Position numbers and translations under genes: made by a program
The notes under the pieces: model-generated
What the model was told of the DNA's origin: nothing
Seen by the model: only the letters and a program-made list of their open reading frames with translations
Databases searched by the model: none
Assembly: GCA_041581135.1 (NCBI GenBank)
Contig: JBFGCM010000005.1
Location: forward strand, 10,338 to 74,337
Source of the DNA: Acidimicrobiia bacterium
GTDB lineage: Bacteria; Actinomycetota; Acidimicrobiia; Spongiisociales; UBA5794
Length of the DNA stretch: 64,000 bases
Direction: 5' to 3'
Part shown: positions 1-9,700 of the stretch, one piece after another
Layout of the letters: every line of letters starts with the position of its first letter
Numbering within the stretch: position 1 is the stretch's first letter

Positions 1-25
1 GGCCCAATACTCCGCACCGCCCGAG

Positions 26-505
26 ATGACGATCGACCTCGAGAAGCAGTACTCCGCCACGCTGCACACCAACCTCGGTGACATCGAGATCGAATTCCAC
101 GCCGAGCGCTCGCCGATCACGGTGAACAACTTCGTGACGCTGGCGCGGGACGGGTTCTACGACGGCGTGATCTTCCACCGGGTGATCTCCGGGTTCATGG
201 TCCAGGGCGGCGACCCCACCGGTACCGGCACCGGCGGCCCCGGCTACCGGTTCCGGGACGAGTTGGAGGGGCACGGCGAGTACTCCCGGGGCACCGTGGC
301 CATGGCCAACGCCGGGCCCAACACCAACGGCAGCCAGTTCTTCATCATGCATCGCGACTACGGGCTACCCCACCAGTACACGATCTTCGGCACCGTGACC
401 TCCGGGATGGAGGCGGTGGACGCCATTGCGGGTCTCGACACCGACCCACGCGACAAGCCGCAGACCGATGCGGTGATCGAGCGAGTGACGATCAGCGAGA
501 GCTGA
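26..505 (+). CDS. peptidyl-prolyl cis-trans isomerase, cyclophilin type
   Basis: 159-aa ORF with the cyclophilin core FHRVISGFMVQGGDPTGTGTGGPGY and NGSQFFI. ATG start. Confidence 0.9.
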   Translation: MTIDLEKQYSATLHTNLGDIEIEFHAERSPITVNNFVTLARDGFYDGVIFHRVISGFMVQGGDPTGTGTGGPGYRFRDELEGHGEYSRGTVAMANAGPNTNGSQFFIMHRDYGLPHQYTIFGTVTSGMEAVDAIAGLDTDPRDKPQTDAVIERVTISES

Positions 506-507
506 CC

Positions 508-1056
508 TCAGGTGAGCGGGGGCACCTCCCACCGCTCCCGCGCGATGGCGAGCTCTCGCTCGACGAGCTCGTCCTCCTCAGTGCGCCGCTCCGCCCGCTC
601 CAACAGGAGGCCGTCGAGGGTGTGGCGGGCACGCTCGATGAGTGAGTGGTGGCGGGCGAGCATGGTGCGGATGGCGGGCTGCCAATCCCGCTCCAACGCG
701 ACCCGGTACTCGTGCTCGGCCGCACGCTCTCCCACGCTGCAGGCGTTGATGATGGCGGTAGAGCTGCGGTCGACGAGGTGCTTGATGTCCATCCAGCGCC
801 GGTGCAGCATCGCGACCACCGTGCCATCTGAAGGCGGCACGGACCCGGCGCTGCGGACTACGTCGGTCAGCTCCGAGCAGCATCGCTGCCGCTCCGCGAC
901 CAGGTCGAGGAAGACGGAACGCAACGCCGGGTCGTGCACCTCCGAGGCAGCAGCGAGGTAGCCCTCTACGGCGCTGTCGCACGTCCTGATCAAGTGACGC
1001 ATCGCTGTCAACGCGTCACCCGTCAGCCGCACCGCTTCGGGGGCACCGTTACGCAT
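508..1056 (-). CDS. PA2169/DUF2383-family ferritin-like four-helix-bundle protein
   Basis: ORF 508..1110. Helical repeat pattern (AVEGYLAAA..., ERAAEHEYRVALE...) recalls the PA2169 family. Start moved to ATG 1056, which has AGGAGC about 5 nt upstream. Confidence 0.5.
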   Translation of the reverse strand: MRNGAPEAVRLTGDALTAMRHLIRTCDSAVEGYLAAASEVHDPALRSVFLDLVAERQRCCSELTDVVRSAGSVPPSDGTVVAMLHRRWMDIKHLVDRSSTAIINACSVGERAAEHEYRVALERDWQPAIRTMLARHHSLIERARHTLDGLLLERAERRTEEDELVERELAIARERWEVPPLT

Positions 1057-1182
1057 TGGGGCTCCTGCTGTACCTACCTGCCCATCGTTGCGAGCCATAC
1101 GTCGTGGCACCAGGGTCCTCCGGCCCTGCCGCCAGGGCCCTCACCGTCATACGGTGCAGGAAAGGTCAAGGAGGATCCCCGC

Positions 1183-2421
1183 GTGAGACATCTTCTGGTG
1201 CTGGGCGCCGGAACTGCCGGCACGATGATCGTGAACAAGCTACGCCCCGAACTCCGCGATGAGGAGTGGGACATCACCGTCGTCGATCAGTCCGCCACCC
1301 ATCCCTATCAGCCGGGCTACCTGTTTGTCCCGTTCGGGGTGTACACGCCGGCACAGATCGTGAAGCCCATTCGTGAGCTGGTCCCGCCCGGGGTGGCGTA
1401 CCTCAATTCGGAGATCGACGTCGTCGATCCCGACGGGCAGACCGTCCGGCTCACCGATGGCACCGAGCTGGCTTACGACTACCTGGTGATCGCTACCGGG
1501 ACCCACCCGCGGCCGGACCAGACTCCCGGCATGTCCGATGGTGCGTGGCGCAGGTCGGTCCACGAGTTCTACACCCTCGAAGGCGCCCAGGCATTGGCCG
1601 ACGCCTTTCAGGACTTCGACGGCGGTCGCCTCGTGGTGAGCATCGTCGAGATGCCCATCAAGTGCCCGGTGGCACCGCTGGAGTTCGCGTTCCTCGCCGA
1701 TGCCCACTTCGAGGAACTCGGAATCCGTGACGACGTCGAGCTGACGTACGTGACGCCGCTTCCCGACGCGTTCACGAAGCCTGTGGCATCGCAGCGTCTC
1801 GGCGGCATGCTCGAAGAGCGCAACATCGCGCTCGAGACCGACTTCTACACGGAGCGGATCGACCCGGACCGGAATGTGCTCGTCTCGTACGACGAACGCG
1901 AGGTGCCGTTCGACCTGCTGGTGACCGTGCCCATCAACATGGGCGCCGACTTCGTGGCCCGCTCCGGTCTCGGCGACGAGCTCAACCACGTGCCCGTGGA
2001 CAAGCACACGTTCATCTCGGAGCAATACAGCACGATCTTCGCGATCGGCGACGCAGCCGCGCTGCCGACGTCGAAGGCAGGATCGGTGGCGCATTTCTCG
2101 GTCGAGGTCTTCGCCAAGAACTTCCTCGAGCTCATCGAAGGGCGGCCGATGACCGAGCACTACGACGGCCACGCCAACTGCTTCATCGAGTCCGGGCATG
2201 GCAAGGGCATGCTCATCGACTTCAACTACGACACCGAGCCGCTGCCCGGCAAGTACCCGATACCCGGTGTCGGCCCGTTCTCCCTGTTGGAAGAGACGGC
2301 GATCAACCACCGCGGGAAGATGTTCTTCAAGTGGATGTACTGGAACATGCTGCTTCCGGGCCACCGGCTGCCCCTTCCCGCCCACATGACGATGCTCGGC
2401 AAGGAGCGCGTCGACGCCTGA
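1183..2421 (+). CDS. sulfide:quinone oxidoreductase-like FAD-dependent pyridine nucleotide-disulfide oxidoreductase
   Basis: Frame of ORF 934..2421. GTG 1183 lies behind AAGGAGGA. Has the N-terminal dinucleotide fold VLGAGTAGT and the Cys motifs KCPVAPLEF and HANCFIE typical of SQR-type enzymes. Confidence 0.7.
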   Translation: MRHLLVLGAGTAGTMIVNKLRPELRDEEWDITVVDQSATHPYQPGYLFVPFGVYTPAQIVKPIRELVPPGVAYLNSEIDVVDPDGQTVRLTDGTELAYDYLVIATGTHPRPDQTPGMSDGAWRRSVHEFYTLEGAQALADAFQDFDGGRLVVSIVEMPIKCPVAPLEFAFLADAHFEELGIRDDVELTYVTPLPDAFTKPVASQRLGGMLEERNIALETDFYTERIDPDRNVLVSYDEREVPFDLLVTVPINMGADFVARSGLGDELNHVPVDKHTFISEQYSTIFAIGDAAALPTSKAGSVAHFSVEVFAKNFLELIEGRPMTEHYDGHANCFIESGHGKGMLIDFNYDTEPLPGKYPIPGVGPFSLLEETAINHRGKMFFKWMYWNMLLPGHRLPLPAHMTMLGKERVDA

Positions 2422-2464
2422 CGATCTCATCACCACACCACTACACAGCACCAAGGAGGAAGTG

Positions 2465-2779
2465 ATGCCAGTTGCGACCTTCGCCGGCACGGAAGTGTCG
2501 GTGGACGAAGAAGGATTCATGACGAGCCCTGATGAGTGGACCGAGGACGTCGGGACCGAGCTGGCTCGCCAGATCGGCATCGAGCTCACCGATGGCCACT
2601 GGAAGGTGATCCGGTTTCTGAGGAGCGACTTCGAACAGCAGGGCGAGACTGCAACGCTGCGGCGAGTGTCCACCGTCGGTGGTATCCCCACCAAGGAGCT
2701 GTTCACGCTCTTCCCCAAGAAGCCGGCCAAGAAGATGGCCTACGTCGCCGGGCTGCCCAAGCCGCACGGCTGTATCTGA
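2465..2779 (+). CDS. TusE/DsrC-family sulfur relay protein (single C-terminal Cys)
   Basis: ORF 2462..2779, AAGGAGGA upstream. The C-terminus GLPKPHGCI is the DsrC/TusE hallmark. There is no second Cys about 10 residues upstream. Confidence 0.8.
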   Translation: MPVATFAGTEVSVDEEGFMTSPDEWTEDVGTELARQIGIELTDGHWKVIRFLRSDFEQQGETATLRRVSTVGGIPTKELFTLFPKKPAKKMAYVAGLPKPHGCI

Positions 2780-2793
2780 AGGAACGGAGAGAA

Positions 2794-3318
2794 ATGACGA
2801 CCACCCAAGACGTTCCCACCCAAGAGGCCCCGGTCACCGTGCCGGACTTCGGGGACGAGACCGACCGCAAGCTCTGCGTGATCTGCAGCAAGGGCACGCT
2901 CGACATGGCGTACCCCGGCCTGGTGCTGGCGAACGCGGCGCTGATGGAAGGCATCGAGGTCCACATGTTCTTCACGTTCTGGGGCCTCGACATGATCACC
3001 AAGAAGACGATGGACGACCTGAAGTTCACGATCTTGGGGAACCCCGCAACCCACATGCCACAAGGGCTCGGTGGCCTGCCCGGGATGACCGCGGTCGCCA
3101 CCCATCGGATGAAGAAGCAGATCGAGGAGCTGGAGTTCCCAACCGTCCCCGAGTTCCTCGAGCAGATCGTCGAGGCCGGGGGTCATCTGTGGGCCTGCAA
3201 GATGTCGGCCGACATGATGCACCTCGAAGCCGGCGAGTTCTACGAGGGCGTCGAAGAGATCATCGGCGCCACGGACTTCATGGAGATGTCGGAGGGAGCA
3301 CAGATCCTGTTCATCTAG
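2794..3318 (+). CDS. DsrE/DsrF-like (COG2210-type) sulfur transfer protein
   Basis: In-frame ATG 2794 inside ORF 2536..3318. Motifs KLCVICSKG, MFFTFWGL and HLWACKMSADMM resemble DsrE2/DsrE3-like proteins. Confidence 0.7.
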   Translation: MTTTQDVPTQEAPVTVPDFGDETDRKLCVICSKGTLDMAYPGLVLANAALMEGIEVHMFFTFWGLDMITKKTMDDLKFTILGNPATHMPQGLGGLPGMTAVATHRMKKQIEELEFPTVPEFLEQIVEAGGHLWACKMSADMMHLEAGEFYEGVEEIIGATDFMEMSEGAQILFI

Positions 3319-3498
3319 TCCCCGTCGGGGGGGAGCGTTCGAGCCACGCAGGCTGCCGACCGCCTCTGCCGGTCGGTTGGAGAATGCTGCGCATTCTCCC
3401 GCTCCCAGATTCTCGGCTTGTTCTGTGCTTGTCGCTCCGGCGTGGACAACGCGTTCCACCGCGGCTGGCACAGGTCTTCGAGCGATTTGGCCTCTCCC

Positions 3499-5490
3499 TC
3501 ACGCTCCCCAGCGGAGGAACGACAGCTCGGACATGTCCGCCAGGCCGGTCGCTTCGAGGCCCAGCTCGGAGATCGTGTAGAGAGTGTCGCCGACCACCAC
3601 GGAACGGTAGATCGTGCCCTGCCACACCTCGTCACCGGTGGCGTTGTGGATGATGTCGCCGATCCGCTGAATGCCGCTGGTCGGGTCCACCTTGAACGCG
3701 GCGGCCCCGGTGAAGAACTCCTCCTTGTCGTCCTCGAACGACCAGGTGTTGATGGGGATCACCACGGTGCCGGTTGCCGGCCAGTGCAGAAACGCCCGGT
3801 GGTCGAACTCCACGCTCGAGTAGGCGTCGTCGATCGTTTGTTGGAAGATCCGGACGGGTTCGGCGGGGTTGCGCACGTCGAAGAGCGACACCTGGGTGCC
3901 CAGCGTCCGACCCTCGTCGGTGGCGTCTTGGCCCACACCGAGCAGATAGCCGTCTGCGATCGGGTGCAGGTACGCCGAGTATCCGTTGATCTTGAGCTCG
4001 CCGACGGCCTTCGGGTCCGTCGGGTTCGACAAGTCGAGCGTGTAGAGCGGGTCGGTCTGGCGGAACGTGACCACGTAGCCGAGGTTGCCCATGAAGCGAA
4101 CCGCGAAGATGCGCTCGGTCTCGCCCAGTCCGGTCACCAGGCCGACTGCCTCGAGCGTCCCCTCGCCGTCGTCGGCGAGCACCGTGACTCGGCTCTCGCT
4201 GGGCTGGGACGCGTCCCACCACATCGAGTCGGTGGTCGACGCCACCCGCAAGTTGCCCTGGAACTCGTCCATCGAGAACTGGTTCAGAAGCGTGCCCTCC
4301 ACTTCGCCGGAGGCCACGTACATCGTGACGGCCGGACTCGAGATGTCGAAGCGGTGAATCTGGGTGTTGAGCTTCGGCGGAGCAAAATCGGGGCGTGACT
4401 CGGCGGCCTCGGCCAGCTCCTCCCAGTTGATCCACTTGGTCATGGCCACGTACAGCGACTCGGCAGACGCGTAGACGGTGTGGCCGTCGGCGTAGATACC
4501 CATGGTGCTGTCGACGCTCAACCCGTCCGAGAGGTCGATGGTGAGGATCGCCAGCATGCCCAGCCCGGAGAACTCGTTGGGCTGGTGGGCGTTTGCACAG
4601 TCGACCAAGAGGCCCTCGGTCTCGGCGCCGTCGGCGGTCTCGAGCACGAAGTAGGGAATCCAATTGTCGACCGTGGTCTCCCGGATGATGCGGCGGTTCT
4701 CTTCCAGCGCATCGCGCTCAGCCTTGAGGCCGGCGCCCTCGGGGAACACGAACTCGATGCCGGTGGGGAAGCTGTCGATCACGACGCGAACGGTGCTCCC
4801 GACCATGCGGCTGGCCACGGTGGCGCCGTCGACACGCAAGGTCGACAGAATGCGGAGGTTGTCGGGATCGGAGATGTCGACCTCGATGATCATGCTGGTC
4901 GGTGACCAGTGCGGGTAGAACCCGCCGCGTGTGGGCTCGGCGAAGCTGCCCGGATTGCTGTAGCCGAAGAGCAGAACGCGGTCGCCGGCGATGAGCATGT
5001 CGTTGATGCTGCCGTCGGCGATGGCGAGCGATCCACGCTGGACCGGTTGCGGAGTGGTGATGTCGACGTACACCAGCCGGCCCTTTGCGATGGCCACGAT
5101 GCGGGTGCCGTCGGTCTTCACCAGGTCGGGTTCGTCGACCCCGGCCACCTGGACGTTGGTCCCCGAGAAGTCGCTACCGGCGTCGCCGCCCGCAGCCGGT
5201 GCGGAATCCTCCACGGCTCGCTCCGCAAGAGCGACATCGGTGAACGCAACCGGGAACCCGACACTGTCGAGCCCCCAAGGGGTCACGAGGTCGAGAGCGT
5301 GGCTCTGCACGTAGTCCAGGAGATCGACGCATGCGTCGAACGGCTGGAGGGCGAGCTCCGTGGCCGGGATCACCCTCCCCGGTTGGGCGGGGATCGTGGG
5401 ACGTGTGCTGGTGACTGCCGACTCTTCGGGAGAGCACGCCGTGGCGAGCATGGCCAAAGCCGCGAGGAGAATGACGAGGCGCTTGCACAT
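3499..5490 (-). CDS. secreted beta-propeller-domain lipoprotein (Beta_propel family)
   Basis: ORF 3499..5637. Start placed at ATG 5490, giving the lipoprotein signal MCKRLVILLAALAMLATAC. The C-terminal half (FRQTDPLYTLDLSNPTDPKAVGELKINGYSAYLHP...SLFDV) matches the bacterial/archaeal beta-propeller family by recall. Confidence 0.7.
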   Translation of the reverse strand: MCKRLVILLAALAMLATACSPEESAVTSTRPTIPAQPGRVIPATELALQPFDACVDLLDYVQSHALDLVTPWGLDSVGFPVAFTDVALAERAVEDSAPAAGGDAGSDFSGTNVQVAGVDEPDLVKTDGTRIVAIAKGRLVYVDITTPQPVQRGSLAIADGSINDMLIAGDRVLLFGYSNPGSFAEPTRGGFYPHWSPTSMIIEVDISDPDNLRILSTLRVDGATVASRMVGSTVRVVIDSFPTGIEFVFPEGAGLKAERDALEENRRIIRETTVDNWIPYFVLETADGAETEGLLVDCANAHQPNEFSGLGMLAILTIDLSDGLSVDSTMGIYADGHTVYASAESLYVAMTKWINWEELAEAAESRPDFAPPKLNTQIHRFDISSPAVTMYVASGEVEGTLLNQFSMDEFQGNLRVASTTDSMWWDASQPSESRVTVLADDGEGTLEAVGLVTGLGETERIFAVRFMGNLGYVVTFRQTDPLYTLDLSNPTDPKAVGELKINGYSAYLHPIADGYLLGVGQDATDEGRTLGTQVSLFDVRNPAEPVRIFQQTIDDAYSSVEFDHRAFLHWPATGTVVIPINTWSFEDDKEEFFTGAAAFKVDPTSGIQRIGDIIHNATGDEVWQGTIYRSVVVGDTLYTISELGLEATGLADMSELSFLRWGA

Positions 5491-5650
5491 GATCTGACTC
5501 CCGTAGCTCGTTTCGGCTTTCATCCGTGTGACGCACCGTGGTCGCCGGGAGGTTCCCGTCAAATCGGCACGCCTGCGGAGGTCGTTGAGGTGGCCGACTT
5601 TGGTCGCTGCGGTCGGGCTATTGTGCGCACGACCCACAAGGAGTCGTTCG

Positions 5651-6553
5651 TTGCCCCACGACCAGTACTACGAAGTCCTCGAGTCCGTGCTGCCCGAGGT
5701 GCAGTCTCTCTACGACGAACACAAGGCGCGCCGCGAGCACTGGTACGCCCACGAGTACGTCCCATGGGAGATGGGCCGGAACTACATCGAGGAGCCATGG
5801 GACGAGAGCCAGTGCACGCTGGCCCCCGAAGTCCGCACCGCACTCGTGCTCAACCTGCTCACCGAGGACAACCTGCCCTACTACCACTCCGCCCTCGAGC
5901 AGTTCATGCCGAAAGGAACCGTGCTCGAAGAGTGGAACCGGTTGTGGATCGCAGAGGAGAACCAGCACGCCATCGCACTGCGGTCGTACCTGCTGACCTC
6001 ACGCAACTGTGATCCGCGCGAGCTGGAGGACGATCGGCTGGAGACCATGACCAAGGGCTTCTACACCGATGCCCCCAACCCGGTGGCCGTGCTGGTCTAC
6101 ACGTCCGCTCAGGAGCTGGCGACACGAGTCAGCCACCGCAATGCGGGCAAACTCGCCGACGACGAAGTCGCCTACAACATCATGGCTCGCGTCGCCACCG
6201 ACGAGAACCACCACTTCATGTTCTACCGCGGCGTCGTCGCCGCCATGCTGGAGAAGGCGCCGGATGTCGTCATGCAGGCACTGCACGACGAGCTGGAGGG
6301 CTTCCGCATGCCGGGCGTGGGCATCCCTCACTACCTCAAGCGCGCCGTGGACATGGCCAAGGCAAGGGTCTACAACCTGAGGATCCATCATGATCGGGTG
6401 CTCAAGCCGCTGCTCCGCGATTGGGCGATCGCCGACCTCACCGGGCTCTCCGCCCGCGGCCAGGAGCTGCAGGAGAAGATCATGGCGATCCCCGACCGCG
6501 TGATGCGGCGCGCCCAGGCCTTCGAGCGCCGCTTCGGCATCGCCGCCAGCTAG
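5651..6553 (+). CDS. acyl-ACP desaturase (soluble di-iron, DesA-like)
   Basis: ORF 5528..6553. Di-iron motifs WIAEENQHAIAL and ATDENHHFMFY. Start set to TTG 5651, 8 nt after AAGGAG. The upstream part of the ORF overlaps the neighbouring gene's 5' region. Confidence 0.8.
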   Translation: MPHDQYYEVLESVLPEVQSLYDEHKARREHWYAHEYVPWEMGRNYIEEPWDESQCTLAPEVRTALVLNLLTEDNLPYYHSALEQFMPKGTVLEEWNRLWIAEENQHAIALRSYLLTSRNCDPRELEDDRLETMTKGFYTDAPNPVAVLVYTSAQELATRVSHRNAGKLADDEVAYNIMARVATDENHHFMFYRGVVAAMLEKAPDVVMQALHDELEGFRMPGVGIPHYLKRAVDMAKARVYNLRIHHDRVLKPLLRDWAIADLTGLSARGQELQEKIMAIPDRVMRRAQAFERRFGIAAS

Positions 6554-6710
6554 ATCGCGTCGGCCCTACGGGCCTCGCTTCCAGATCGCATCGGCCCTAC
6601 GGGCCTCGCTTCCAGATCGCGGCGGGCCCACCGGGGCCTTGCTTTCAGATCGCCCGGCTACGCCGGGCTTCCAGATGCCCGCCGGCGCTTGTCTGGCATC
6701 TCGCGATCGG
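6552..6710. repeat. array of about 5 tandem 26-38-bp units, AGATCGC-[short GC hairpin]-CTTCC
   Basis: Units start at 6552, 6583, 6614, 6647 and 6673. The first two are identical except for 1 nt. Each has a 5-bp GC stem (ggccc-tac-gggcc, gggcc-cacc-ggggcc, cccgg-ctac-gccggg). Sits between convergent stop codons at 6553 and 6746. Confidence 0.8.
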
Positions 6711-6745
6711 GTGCCCCCCCGTTCCCCGGGGCACGCCAGCTCGCG

Positions 6746-9700
6746 TCACACGGCTCCGGTGATGGGGATCACGATCGTCGTGCCGTCGCTGTCGCCGTCC
6801 GGGTCGTGGTTGGCGACCGGGTCATACGTGAGATCGGCGAGTGTCAACCCGTTCACCGTGAAGATGGCCTCGGCGAGGCGACTGCTCACTCGCTGGTTCG
6901 TCAGCGTGCAGGCTCCGAATGCATCGGTGACGCACTCGGCCGGTGTGGTCCTGCGCCCAGTCGTCCACGTGCCCGACACCGTGACGCCGGCTACCGGTAC
7001 CTCGGTGTCGTCGTGGACCGTGATGGCCACCTCGACGGCGAGCCGCGTCCCGATGGTGGTGGTGCCACCGTCGAGGTCGCCGACGTGGACCGTCGCGCCG
7101 CCCGTGCCACCGTTGTTCACGGTGACGGTGGCGACGGCCGTGGCCGTCTGCCCCGCGGTGTCGGTGGCGGTAGCCGAGATCTCGTGCATTCCATCGCCGA
7201 CGGTCGAGCTGTCCCAGGCGACACCGCTACCGGTGTCGAATCCGATGGACACGCCATCCACGAGCACCTCGACCGAGGTGACCCCGACGTCATCGGACGA
7301 AGAGGTCGTCACCGTGATGGTTCCGCTCACCGTCGCCCCATCGTTGGGGGCCGTGATCGCCACCGTCGGCGGAGTGTCCGTGGTGGTGTTGTCCACGGTC
7401 ACCCGGGTCCCCCGCGTGGTCGTCTGGCCCGCGGTGTCGGTGGCCCGCGCCTGGATTCGGTGCGGGCCGTTGCCCACCGCGGTCGTGTCCCAGGCGACAC
7501 CTGATCCGGTGTCGAACCCGATGGACACGCCGTCGACGAGCACTTGCACGGACACCACGCCGAAGTCGTCGGACGACGTCGTCGTGATGGTGATCACACC
7601 AGAGACCGTCGAGCCTCGAGTCGGGAACGTGATGGCGACCGTCGGCGGATCGTCCACGCCGTTGGCCACCGTCACGGTGATGCTCGCCGTGGCCGTTTGT
7701 CCAATGGTGTCCGTGGCGGTGGCCGAGATGGTATGCGACCCGTCGGCCACCGTCGCGGTGTTCCAGACGACCCCGGCTCCGGTGTCGAAGCCGAGCGACG
7801 TGCCGTCAACGAACACTTCCACCGACGCCACGCCGATGTCGTCGGATGCGGCCGTGGTGATCGTCAGCGTGCCGGAGACCGTCGACCCATTCGCGGGGTT
7901 GGTGAGGGAGACTGTCGGCGGGGCGTCGACGACGTCGCCGATGGTGAACGTCCCTTCGGCCACGGGGCCGCCGTTGAACGCGGAGTCGACGGCCTGCACG
8001 GACCATGTGTAGGTCCCGTCGGCCAGGCCGCGGAGCTGCCAGGCGGTGACGGCACTGATGTTGCCCGGTTCGGGCAGACGCCGTCCCGTGAAGGCGGCCG
8101 CCGTCTCGGCGGTGGCTGCCGCGGCGCCTCCCGCCGCCGGCTGCACCACGAGGTCGTAGGTGACTGCCTGGGACGATGTGGAGTCGTCCACCGCAGCGTT
8201 CCAGCTGAGGTTCGCCTGGTCACCTTCGACGGTGGAGCTCAGCCCGGTCGGGGCTGCAGGCGCCGCATTCAGGCCGAGTGTGTGGTTGCGATAGAGATGC
8301 ATCTGGGACTCGACCGTGTTGTTCCCCCCGGGCACCCAGTAGGCCCCCGCCACGAAGTAGTCGAGGTCACCATCGCCGTCGATGTCGAACCAGGTGAAGC
8401 TGCCGCCGTTGCCGACGGAGCCCATGGGCGCCGGCAGCTCACGGCCCAGCGGCACGAACGTGCCACCCTCGTTCACATACACCTCAGACTTGCCCTCGAT
8501 GTTCTCCGGCCCAATGAAGGTCCCGGTGATGAGGAGGTCGTTGTCTCCGTCGGAGTCGTAGTCGGCCCAGGTCGCTGCATGGAGATCGAGCCAAGGGAAG
8601 AAGCTCGTCTGGATGATGGTGTTCTCCACAAAGGTGCCGGCGTCGTTCCGGTAGATGCGCAGCACCGTCTTGAAGTTGCCGTCGACGTCCTGGATGTTGC
8701 CGACCACGAGGATGTCCATGTCCCCGTCCTGGTCGTAGTCGGCCCAGTCGGCCAACCCGTACTCCACCCTGACCGAGCCGATGGGCTCCTCCATCGTGAA
8801 CGCTCCTGCGTTGTTGCGGTAGATCCTGATCCAGCCGTCGCCGAGGAAGTTGTCGACGTTGGCGACGAATAGATCCAAGTCACCGTCGCCGTCGTCGTCC
8901 GCCCACGCCGTCTGGGCATGGACCGAGCCGTCGATTGCGGCGTCCACGTCTGTGAAGATCCAACCGCCGGCCCCGTCGGGCCCATCGTTGCGCATCAGTG
9001 CCGTTTCGAACGTGAACGTCACGTCGTTGAACAGCGACGGGATGAACAGGTCGAGGTCGCCGTCGTTGTCGAAGTCGGCCCACGTGAGCGACCGCAGGTC
9101 ATAGGCTCCCGTGTAGTTGGAGTCCTCGAAATAGACGGGGAGGTCCGTGGGGATCGCAGCCAGCGTGCCGGCATCGTTCTGGTAGATCTCGGTGCCGAAT
9201 GCCGTCGCGACCGCCAGGTCCGGATCCCCGTCGCCGTCGAAGTCGCCCCACGATAGGTCGACCTCTCCGGCGAACAAGCTACCGAGTGGCACGTTCTGGT
9301 GGGTGAAGACCCAGTCGCCGTTCGCATCCGGCCCTTCGTTGATGAAGACGACCAGCATGTCCTCCGCGCTCACGCTGTACTCGACGAAGTACCCGAGCAC
9401 AGCCAGGTCGAGATCGCCGTCGCCGTCGATGTCGGCCGGCGCTGCGGTGTTCACCCAGAAGTCGTGATCAAGGTCGGTCACCCACAGCGGATCTGCCGGT
9501 GGGCTCACCTCATTGAAGACCGGTCCGCCGAACAGCACCCAGTCGAGATCGAACTGGCCGCTGGCGCCGTCGAAGCCGTCGACCGCGATGTGGTAGGTGC
9601 TACCAGCCGTCACCAGGATGTCTGCGACCACGCTCTGCAGGCCGCCACCGGCGTTGTCGTTCGAACCGAGCTCGGTGAGGGCATCGACCGACGCGCCGGT

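Noticed and set aside
1240-2730. Long antisense or alternate-frame ORFs. Examples: 1240..2730 (-), 3418..4398 (+), 6639..8012 (+), 15557..17128 (-), 25546..26799 (-), 37774..39279 (-), 44896..46251 (+), 59903..61231 (+), and dozens of ORFs in the 60-350 aa range.
   Set aside because: They lie opposite or out of frame to genes with clear family motifs. Their products are Arg/Pro/Gly/Ala-rich and low in complexity, as expected from stop-codon paucity in high-GC DNA. They have no RBS and no recognisable domains.
6552-6710. Possible CRISPR array, because the repeats are regularly spaced.
   Set aside because: The units abut one another with no unique spacers. The period is only 26-38 bp, the copies degenerate quickly, and there are no cas genes. 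It is a tandem hairpin repeat, not a CRISPR array.
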